NCBI GenBank assembly: GCA_033763315.1
Contig: JANRKS010000032.1
Location: forward strand, 256,001 to 320,000
DNA: 64,000 nucleotides
Reading direction: 5' to 3'
Source of the DNA: Deltaproteobacteria bacterium
Lineage (GTDB): Bacteria; Myxococcota_A; Polyangia; Fen-1088
The notes below the pieces were generated by a model. That model was not told the origin of the DNA. It made no database searches and saw only the letters and a list, made by a program, of their open reading frames with translations. A program made the translations under genes and the position numbers. Shown here piece by piece: positions 56,282 through 64,000 of the stretch; the first letter of the stretch is position 1, and each line of letters starts with the position of its first letter.

Positions 56282-59200
56282 ATGACTTATGGCCGGATGT
56301 CTGGGTCCAAGAAAGTCTCCTTTGCCTCCGTTTCCCTGGGGGGCTTTGCCGAGGTTTTGCTTTTGGCCGTGCTCTACTTTGGGACCGCCAGGCTTTCGCT
56401 TCTGTTTGCGTTTTCCGACACGAATGCCTCGCCGGTGTGGCCGCCCTCTGGTCTGGCACTGGCGGCGCTGCTGGTGCGAGGCTCTCGACTGTGGCCGGGC
56501 GTGCTGCTCGGCGCGTGTGCCGCGAACCTCACCACCTTCTTGGCCAACGGCACGTCCCTTGGGCATGCGGCGCTGGCGTCGCTTCTGATCTCCTGTGGGA
56601 ACTCATCGGAAGCACTTCTGGCGAACTACCTGATACGCCGTTCGCCGGACCCGCTGCTGCGGCCGCTTTCCGTGCTCAAATTCAGCGTGGCGTGTGCTGT
56701 CTCAGCCCTTGTGGCGGCATGCTTGGGCGCGGCCACCCTTGTTGTGTGTAAAGCCGTCGCCCCGCAGCTGTGGCGCACGGTGCTTGGCGTGTGGTGGGTG
56801 GGCGATGTTTCGGGGATGTTGGGGCTGACGCCTTGCCTGTTGTTGCTGTTCAAGCGGGAGCGCGCGCAAGGGCGCGCTTTTGATTCAGAGGCCTTGTTCT
56901 GCACGGGGCTCGTGGCGGCGGCTTCCGTTGTTGCGTTCTGCATGCCTTTGCCGCCGGGGCTGCGACCGTCAGCGCCGCTTTTGGTGGTGGCCGTACTCGT
57001 GTGGCCTTTGCTGCGACTTGATCACGCTGTGCTTGGGGTTTCGATTGTCATCGCGATGTTTTGTGCGGTGTGGGGGACCGTGCGCGGCACGGGGCCTTTT
57101 GGATCGCACGACGCAACGATGGCCTTGATCCAGCTTGATGCGTTTTTAGTCATCACGGCCTTGGGCATTCACATGGTGGCGGCGGCGCTGCGCGGGCGCG
57201 AAATTCCGGGCAGAGCTGCGGCACCACCGGCCGAGCCATCGTCCTTGCTGATCTGGTGGCCTGCGGTGGTGGCGGGCATCATGGGTACGCTCATCAGTTG
57301 TGCCTTGTGGTTGTGGCTGTTGCGCGATGAACGGATGGCCATTCGCAAGCAAACGCTTGCGCGCGCTGAGGGGCTTGCGACCGTGATCGAATCATCGATT
57401 CAGCGATCCGCGCAGTCTCTCAAACGCATGGCCGTACGGTGGAGCGAAGCCAATGGCACGCCTGAACATGTTTGGCGACGTGACGCCGAGAATTTCGCCG
57501 CCGACACGCCTGAGCTGCAAGCAATTGAGTGGCTCGACGATCAGCACGTTGTGCGTTGGGTGGAACCGCAGCAGGGCAACGAAGGGGTTGTTGGCTTCAA
57601 CTTGAGTGGCAGCCCCGAGCGCCTGGCAGCGCTGCAACGTTCAAAACAAACAAGGTCTATCACCTTCACCCCCGTGCTTGATCTGCAGCAAGGTGGCAAG
57701 GGTTTCCTCAGCATTCACAGCTTGCAGGCAAGCGGGGGCGCGCCCTCGGGTTTCTTGCTTGGCGTGTTCCGCGTGGACCGCTTGCTGGGTGATGTGCTGT
57801 CGAAGTTCGGCGACAATTATGTTTTGCAAATGAGCCACGACGCAAAGGTGATTTTTTCGCGTGGCGATTGGTCGCAAGGGATGGCGCCTTACGAGCAGGA
57901 ATACAGCCAAAGCGTTGGCGCTTTGAGGTGGACGTTGCGGTTGCGGCCGGCCCGTTCTACGGCGGCGGCCAGCCGATCACCTCTGCCCACGGCTGTGTTG
58001 TCACTTGGTTGTTTGATGTCGGCCTTGGTGGCTTTGGCGATGCATCTGGCGTATGTGGCCTCGAACCGTGCCAAGGATCTGCGCGCTGTGCTTGTTGACC
58101 TGCAAAACGAAACGTCGCGCGCCAATCACGCCGCACAGGTCAAGGCGTCATTCCTGGCCACCATGAGCCACGAGATTCGAACACCCATGAATGGCGTTCT
58201 CGGTATGGCTGGTTTGTTGGCAGACACACAATTGCAGCCCTCTCAGGCGGAGATGCTTCAAACAATTCGATCCTCTGGTGAAGCGCTTTTGCAAATCTTG
58301 GACGACATTCTCGATTTCACGAAGCTTGAAGCGGGCCACGTGGAAATTGAAAACAAGTCGTTCCCGCTGCGCACCTTGGTTGAGGACGCCTTGGATCTCA
58401 TTGCTGTGAAGGCGCACACCAAGGGCATCGAGCTGTTGGCTGACATCGATGCTCAATGTCCCGAGGTGGTGTCAGGCGATGCGGGCCGCATTCGTCAAAT
58501 CTTGCTGAACCTTCTGGGCAACGCCGTGAAGTTTACGGCCAAAGGCTCTGTGGTGTTGTTGGTGAAGTCTGCCGCCAAGCAACACATCGTTTTCGAGGTC
58601 GAGGACACCGGCATGGGCATTGAGCCTTACGTGCTTGGTCAGCTGTTCGCGCCGTTTAAACAGGGCGACGCCACGATGGCGCGCCGCTTTGGCGGCACCG
58701 GCTTAGGGTTATCTATCTCAAAGCGCTTGGCCGAAGCGATGGGCGGCACGGTGGCCGTGCGAAGCCAGCTTGGCCGTGGCTCCACCTTCGCTTTGGATCT
58801 CGTGCTGCCCGAAGTTGTGGGGCAAAGCGATCCCGCCCTACCGCGTTCCGAAATCCTTGGCATCGTGGCGGCGCATCCGGTGGCCCGCCGTGCCCTGGAA
58901 GACCAGTTGCTGTCAGCAGGTTGGCTCAATGTTTTGTCGGCGCCTTCGGAGCCTGAGCTTTTGCGCCTGCCTGGTGCGCAAGCCGCTGCGTTGATCGTCG
59001 TGGACGATGGCCTTTCAGATCGCCCGCGTTCGGGCGGTCGTGTGCCTCACATTCACCTCATCGATCGACGCCGCGCCGGCAGCGCCAATGAAAGAAACTT
59101 GCTCAAGCCCGTACGCCTGCACCGATTGGCTGAAGCCGTGAAGAAGGCACTCTCGGTTGAAAAGCCCGTGCTCTTGCCAAGCCAGGTCGATGATTCGGCC

Positions 59201-59593
59201 TTTGCCGAGGCGTTTTCCGGCCGCTGTGTGCTGGTGGTTGAAGACGCGGCGATCAACCAGCAGGTCATGCGCCTCATGCTGACGCGGCTCGGATGCAAGG
59301 TGACGATCGCCAACGACGGTGTCGAAGCGGTGGCCGCGGCCGAACGGCAGGCGTTCGACATCGTGTTTATGGATTGCCAAATGCCGCACATGGATGGCTA
59401 CCAAGCCACGCGCCAAATTCGCTCCCGCGAGTTTGATCACCACACCCCGATCGTCGCGCTCACCGCCAACGCGTTTGCTGCCGATCGTGCGGCGTGCCTG
59501 GCGGCGGGCATGGACGCCGTTTTGGTTAAACCGGCGGGCAAGCCTGAGATCTTGGCAATGATGTCGAGGTTTGTTGCCAGTCCTGCCGCTTAG
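56282..59593 (+). CDS. Hybrid sensor histidine kinase (MASE1-CHASE-HisKA-HATPase-REC)
   Basis: SPVWPPSGLALA and WWVGD (MASE1); GNEGVVGFNL...LQQGGKG (CHASE); FLATMSHEIRTPMNG; NLLGNAVKFT; GGTGLGL; FMDCQMPHMDG. Confidence 0.95.
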   Translation: MTYGRMSGSKKVSFASVSLGGFAEVLLLAVLYFGTARLSLLFAFSDTNASPVWPPSGLALAALLVRGSRLWPGVLLGACAANLTTFLANGTSLGHAALASLLISCGNSSEALLANYLIRRSPDPLLRPLSVLKFSVACAVSALVAACLGAATLVVCKAVAPQLWRTVLGVWWVGDVSGMLGLTPCLLLLFKRERAQGRAFDSEALFCTGLVAAASVVAFCMPLPPGLRPSAPLLVVAVLVWPLLRLDHAVLGVSIVIAMFCAVWGTVRGTGPFGSHDATMALIQLDAFLVITALGIHMVAAALRGREIPGRAAAPPAEPSSLLIWWPAVVAGIMGTLISCALWLWLLRDERMAIRKQTLARAEGLATVIESSIQRSAQSLKRMAVRWSEANGTPEHVWRRDAENFAADTPELQAIEWLDDQHVVRWVEPQQGNEGVVGFNLSGSPERLAALQRSKQTRSITFTPVLDLQQGGKGFLSIHSLQASGGAPSGFLLGVFRVDRLLGDVLSKFGDNYVLQMSHDAKVIFSRGDWSQGMAPYEQEYSQSVGALRWTLRLRPARSTAAASRSPLPTAVLSLGCLMSALVALAMHLAYVASNRAKDLRAVLVDLQNETSRANHAAQVKASFLATMSHEIRTPMNGVLGMAGLLADTQLQPSQAEMLQTIRSSGEALLQILDDILDFTKLEAGHVEIENKSFPLRTLVEDALDLIAVKAHTKGIELLADIDAQCPEVVSGDAGRIRQILLNLLGNAVKFTAKGSVVLLVKSAAKQHIVFEVEDTGMGIEPYVLGQLFAPFKQGDATMARRFGGTGLGLSISKRLAEAMGGTVAVRSQLGRGSTFALDLVLPEVVGQSDPALPRSEILGIVAAHPVARRALEDQLLSAGWLNVLSAPSEPELLRLPGAQAAALIVVDDGLSDRPRSGGRVPHIHLIDRRRAGSANERNLLKPVRLHRLAEAVKKALSVEKPVLLPSQVDDSAFAEAFSGRCVLVVEDAAINQQVMRLMLTRLGCKVTIANDGVEAVAAAERQAFDIVFMDCQMPHMDGYQATRQIRSREFDHHTPIVALTANAFAADRAACLAAGMDAVLVKPAGKPEILAMMSRFVASPAA

Positions 59594-59646
59594 GCGGCAA
59601 CCACAACGGCTTTGCTGGCATTGGTTTGCTACGTTGGTGACTTCCT

Positions 59647-60477
59647 GTGCGTCTTGACCTTCATTGCCACTCGCTGCATTCCGACGGCACCTTGCCGGTG
59701 TCCCAGATCGTTTCGCAGGCCAAAGCCCGCGCGCTTGAGCTGTTCTGTCTCACCGACCACGACACCTTGGCGGGCTTCGATGAGGTGAAGGCCGGTTTGC
59801 CCGGTGTGACAGTGTTGCGTGGCCTTGAGCTCTCAACGCATGGCCACGGGCGCACGATTCATCTTTTGCTCTATGGCGTAACCGAGGGTGCGGCCTCGTG
59901 CGCGTTGGAGGGCCGCTTGGCCACGCTTCGTGAGCAACGACGTCAGCGAATCTTCGAGATCTGCTCGCGTTTGACCCGCTGGAACATCACGTTGGATGCA
60001 GAAGTCATCGTCGCCAAATCTGGGCACGGCACGGCTGGCCGCCCGCATGTGGCCGCAGCTTTGGTGGCGGCCGGCGTGTGCAAGAGCGTGCGCGAAGCGT
60101 TCGATCGTTTCCTCGGTGACAAGGGGCCCGCCATGGTGCCCTCACCACGCCTGTCTGTTGAAGAGGGCCTCGCCTTGGCGTCGTCTTGTGCGGCCAAGGT
60201 TTCGTTGGCCCACCCGCATCTCGTGGGGCCACCCGAGCTCGTTAAGGCGCTTTGCAAAGAGTGGAAGCCCCTTGGCCTCGGCGGCATTGAGGCCGAATAC
60301 GGAATGTACGCGCAAAGGCAGCGCGCGCTTTGGAGCGCCGTGGGCGACGACGTGGGTTTGATCGTCACCGCAGGATCGGATTTCCACGGCACCGACGTTG
60401 TTCCCGATGTACCGCACGTGGGCGTGGAGCTTCACGCGGCCCGCGCCCTCCCGCTACGCGATTGGTTGTTGTCTTAG
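59647..60477 (+). CDS. PHP domain metal-dependent phosphoesterase (TrpH/YciV-like)
   Basis: DLHCHSLHSDG, LTDHD, GLELS, GRPHVA, LAHP, GSDFHG. Confidence 0.92.
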   Translation: MRLDLHCHSLHSDGTLPVSQIVSQAKARALELFCLTDHDTLAGFDEVKAGLPGVTVLRGLELSTHGHGRTIHLLLYGVTEGAASCALEGRLATLREQRRQRIFEICSRLTRWNITLDAEVIVAKSGHGTAGRPHVAAALVAAGVCKSVREAFDRFLGDKGPAMVPSPRLSVEEGLALASSCAAKVSLAHPHLVGPPELVKALCKEWKPLGLGGIEAEYGMYAQRQRALWSAVGDDVGLIVTAGSDFHGTDVVPDVPHVGVELHAARALPLRDWLLS

Positions 60478-60481
60478 TCGC

Positions 60482-63115
60482 TCAATGGTGCTCGTAGGCC
60501 CCGATGTCGGGCTTATCGTCGCGCTTTTGACCATCACGATCCCACAGAGGGGCGCCGGTGCTGGTGCCCTTATCGATCGCGGATGAACCGTCTTCCAGAT
60601 GTACGTCGTTGGGCCAACCCACGAACTTTGGATCGCCTGAGATGTTGTTGCGGCGTACCGACGAAGCTGTGTTCTTGTTTAGATCACTGACCGACAGCAA
60701 ATCTTTGCCGTCTGCCAAGAACGCGGGCAAATCCATGGCGCGATCGAAGAGGTTGAACTCAAGCACGCGCGCGTGGGCTTTGGCGTCTCGCTCTTCGACC
60801 AAAGTGCCGCGGCACACGTGGTGGCTGAAGATGTTGTTGCGGATGGTGCCCGCCACGCCGCCCGTTGTGTCTGCGCGAGACGCGATCGTCATCGTGGCGC
60901 CGGTGCACGAGCCCGTGCCCTCGGCCGTGTCGATCGTATTTGAATGCAGATCCACGGCCCTGCGCGCGTCGCCGATCAGCAAGCTGACCCCCGTGGGTTG
61001 CACCACCGATGACGTGGAGCACGTGGCACCAAAGATGACGTTGTTGTCGATGCGGCTGCCGCTGTCGGCGGCCACGATGCCCGTGCTGGCCACGCTGCCG
61101 CAGCCCCCTGAAATCAGATTGCCTGCCACACGGGCCGAACCGCCTTCAAGCCACAAGCCGTATGTACGTTTCGCGCGGCCACCGTCGATCAGCGCGTTGT
61201 CTTGCACCACGGCGCATGCGTTGGCTTCGCACCGGATGGCGGCCGCGGTTTCGGCGGCTTCGGACGTGCCGCTGCGAATCTGCAGATTGCGCGCGATGTG
61301 GCACGCACTGGCTTTGCCAGCTTCCACGCCGCACGACACCCCTACGCTACCTTTGCCTTGGCTGCCTGTGGTGTTGATCAATAGGTTGTCCTCAATGCGC
61401 GGGTGGCAATCCCCCGTGCTCAGAACGGCCGCAAGGTTGCTGCCGCCCGTGGCCAACGCCGTAAGGCTCGTGTTGTTGACGATCCACGGACGCGCGCCCC
61501 CGCAGCTTGTCAGCCACACGGCCGCTGCGTTTGTCTCGACGCCGGCCGCGCGCACAACGTTGCCCGCCATCGCGATGCTGCCGGAGGCGCCCTCCACTTT
61601 GACGCCAGCGCTGTTGGTGCCCCCCGTGGTGCACAAAGCGTTGTTCCTCAGCAGGGCAAGGGTGGCGCCGTCTAAAACAACGGCGCGGACGTCGCCTTTG
61701 CTTTCCCCCGTACCGGCGCGCAACGCCGGCAACTCAGAGGCGCATGTGGCTTTGCAGCGGCCGGAGGCGTCGAAGGCATCGCAATTGTCTACGATCGCCA
61801 CAGCGGAGCCTTTCACGTTCACGGCCGCCGCGCGCACGGCGCCGGCACCCACGTTGATGTCGCAATGGCTCACAATCGCTTCGGCTTTGCCGTTGATGTC
61901 AATGCCGACGTTGACGTCAGCGTCTTGCACGGGCAGCACCTTGACGTTTGCCACCACCGCATTGCGGGCGCCGCGAATTGTGATGGCCGCGCTGTTTTTA
62001 ACCTGAATCGGACGTTCGATCACGAACCCAGCCAAAACGGTGGGCGTGGTCACCGCTTCCGAGAACAGCACGCCATCGGCGTCCCGCGTGATGAGCACAG
62101 GTGCGTTGCGTGACAACACGCTGCCCGCGGCTCTGGGGCACAAACTCCACGTCGTGGACTCGTAACCACCCACGACGGAAATGCCATTCTTCATCGTGAA
62201 CGTTTTTCCTTCAGGCTCGATGAAGCGACCTTGGTTCACCGCCAGATCGGAGCAGGTGAGGCTGGCCGCCACGCAGACAAGCTTGGGCCGTCCAGGATTC
62301 GCCGCGGCCCAATCGACGGCCGCTTGCAACGTGCGGAATGGCAACAGCGTTGAGCCATCGGCCTTCGCATCGATGCCCGTCGTGGTGACGTGCACGCACG
62401 TTTGGCAGTCTTCATCGATGAGACCGTCGCAGTCTTCATCGCCGCCACCACAGGCGTCCACGCCGCTGGCGGCCTCCTTCGGCATACACAGACCGGCAGC
62501 CGAACACGCGTCCACCGTTGTGGCGCACACGCCCAGCCCGCAAGAGACAGGCGGCAGATCGTCCACCTTGCTGTTGCAGTCGTCATCTTGTTCATTGCAG
62601 CTTTCGACCAACGGCAGCTGCTGACCTTGGCATTCCGTCCACACGCCAGCCGTGCAGCTTTTCACGCCGCTTCTACAGATGCCTTTGCCGGCGGTGCCCG
62701 CCGCGCCTTCGTAACAACTGCGCGCCGCCACATCGCCCGCCACATTTGGCTCGTTGTCATCGCAGTCGGGACCGGCGCAACCGGCGCCCACGCCGAAGCC
62801 GTCCCGATCTTTGTCCTGGCACATGGGGCACAGCACCTGGCACGCCGTGCCCGCGCACGACCACTTGCCACACGGGGCCGGCCCGAAGTTCACTTCACAC
62901 GAGGCCGGTGTGCACATGCCGCCATCCACGGTGCGCGCGTCAGGAACCGACGCATCGGCCTCGGCGTCCAAACCAGGCGCGGCACCATCGTCAATGATGG
63001 CCGCGTCGATGTCGGGCTCTGCCACAGGCCCCAGGTAATACGGGTTGGGCTCTTGGCAAGCCGTGAGGATCAGCAGCGCCACGGTGGCACCTAGCGCACG
63101 CGATATGCTCGTCAT
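60482..63115 (-). CDS. Large lipoprotein: Cys/Asp-rich metal-binding-type repeats + DUF1565-like/parallel beta-helix region
   Basis: LTAC lipobox; DKDRDGFG..DCDD, ESCN..DDDCN..VDD repeats; DGS..PFRTLQAAV; repeated I.NN turns; C-terminal SAIDKG...DIGAYE. Confidence 0.8.
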   Translation of the reverse strand: MTSISRALGATVALLILTACQEPNPYYLGPVAEPDIDAAIIDDGAAPGLDAEADASVPDARTVDGGMCTPASCEVNFGPAPCGKWSCAGTACQVLCPMCQDKDRDGFGVGAGCAGPDCDDNEPNVAGDVAARSCYEGAAGTAGKGICRSGVKSCTAGVWTECQGQQLPLVESCNEQDDDCNSKVDDLPPVSCGLGVCATTVDACSAAGLCMPKEAASGVDACGGGDEDCDGLIDEDCQTCVHVTTTGIDAKADGSTLLPFRTLQAAVDWAAANPGRPKLVCVAASLTCSDLAVNQGRFIEPEGKTFTMKNGISVVGGYESTTWSLCPRAAGSVLSRNAPVLITRDADGVLFSEAVTTPTVLAGFVIERPIQVKNSAAITIRGARNAVVANVKVLPVQDADVNVGIDINGKAEAIVSHCDINVGAGAVRAAAVNVKGSAVAIVDNCDAFDASGRCKATCASELPALRAGTGESKGDVRAVVLDGATLALLRNNALCTTGGTNSAGVKVEGASGSIAMAGNVVRAAGVETNAAAVWLTSCGGARPWIVNNTSLTALATGGSNLAAVLSTGDCHPRIEDNLLINTTGSQGKGSVGVSCGVEAGKASACHIARNLQIRSGTSEAAETAAAIRCEANACAVVQDNALIDGGRAKRTYGLWLEGGSARVAGNLISGGCGSVASTGIVAADSGSRIDNNVIFGATCSTSSVVQPTGVSLLIGDARRAVDLHSNTIDTAEGTGSCTGATMTIASRADTTGGVAGTIRNNIFSHHVCRGTLVEERDAKAHARVLEFNLFDRAMDLPAFLADGKDLLSVSDLNKNTASSVRRNNISGDPKFVGWPNDVHLEDGSSAIDKGTSTGAPLWDRDGQKRDDKPDIGAYEHH

Positions 63116-63240
63116 TCGTTGCCTCCCAAAAAGCTAAGACGCCCTATGCGGCCGTGCCACAAGTCTACCAGCCGCCGCGGCCGCTTCACCAGCACCACTT
63201 GGGGTGGCAACTATCGATCTAGGTGGCCAACCGGTGTAGC

Positions 63241-64000
63241 ATGCTGGCAATGGCATTTCGTGTGCGGCTGCTTGTGTCTGTGTGTGCTGCCGTGGGTTCG
63301 TTCATCCTACCTTGCGCACGGCTGGCTCTCGCACAGTCACCAAAGACAGTCCAGCGTGTGGCCGTGGTTCGTATGCACTATCAAGGCGACGTGCCCCCCG
63401 GCCACCGCGAGGCCTTCAGCGCCCGCTTGGTTGAAGGCTTGGCTATGGCGTCGTTCGAGGTGTTTTCGGGCTCGCCGGTTGAACGCAAACTGTCCGACCG
63501 CCAACTGCAAAAGTGCGACAACGTCGATTGTTACCCCAAGGTCGCCGACACGCTTGAGGTTGGGTACCTTGTGGTGGGCAGCATTGAAGAATCAAACAAG
63601 AACTACGAGATCTCACTTGAGATTATCAACGGCCGCACGGGCGCCAGCATCGGCAACAGCCGCGAGCGCTGTGAAACCTGCGGCATGGCAGAAGCGGCAG
63701 AGAAGGTGGGGTTGGCCGCATCGGCGTTGCGCACACGTTTAGAAGCGCTTTCAAGCACGCCATCGCGCGTGGTGTTGCGCAGCCGTCCCGCGGGCGCCTT
63801 GGCCACCGTGGATGGCAAAACCGTCGGCGAAACCCCCACAGATCTCGAGCTGCCCGGTGGCATTCACACGCTCACGCTGCACAAGGATGGCTACAATAGA
63901 GTCGAACGCACGTTTACCGTTGTCAGCGGCGTGGATGAGACACTTAACCTTGAGATGCTCAAGCCTCCCAGCCAATTTTCTTATCGAGGTTGGGGGTGGA
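63241..64000 (+). CDS. PEGA domain protein (3' partial)
   Basis: Translated by hand from ATG 63241: signal peptide ending ALA, C...C helical domain, then SRPAGALATVDGKTVGETP..LPGGIHTLTLHKDGY (PEGA); open to the window end. Confidence 0.85.
   Translation, partial: MLAMAFRVRLLVSVCAAVGSFILPCARLALAQSPKTVQRVAVVRMHYQGDVPPGHREAFSARLVEGLAMASFEVFSGSPVERKLSDRQLQKCDNVDCYPKVADTLEVGYLVVGSIEESNKNYEISLEIINGRTGASIGNSRERCETCGMAEAAEKVGLAASALRTRLEALSSTPSRVVLRSRPAGALATVDGKTVGETPTDLELPGGIHTLTLHKDGYNRVERTFTVVSGVDETLNLEMLKPPSQFSYRGWGW

Overview
GC-rich bacterial chromosomal segment, most likely from a myxobacterium (Myxococcota). This is inferred from the gene repertoire: giant TPR, PilZ, DUF4388-DnaJ-TPR and PEGA proteins, a DUF1592/DUF1552 pair, and many lipoproteins with Gly-rich tethers. 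The housekeeping backbone includes smpB, recQ, an acyl-CoA carboxyltransferase, leuB, nadE, gatCAB, a PP2C phosphatase, an AlkD-like protein and a MASE1-CHASE hybrid kinase. Two accessory blocks look less GC-rich on spot checks. (1) About 6.3-14.1 kb: a predicted lipoprotein closely resembling animal-type protein-arginine deiminases (PADI; catalytic D/H/D/C and the NCDxD...DLQD calcium segment are visible), an orphan Cys-rich lipoprotein, an overlapping fusion of a solute-binding domain to a legumain/C13 peptidase, and a convergent diheme lipoprotein. (2) About 33.3-38.2 kb: a DUF1592/DUF1552 pair, a gene remnant and an Rpn-like nuclease with a candidate internal start. The PADI / orphan / SBP-C13 cassette is the best candidate for an undescribed system. 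No rRNA, tRNA, tmRNA, CRISPR array or intact transposase/integrase was recognised. All assignments are motif recognition by eye; no database searches were run, and several start codons are uncertain.
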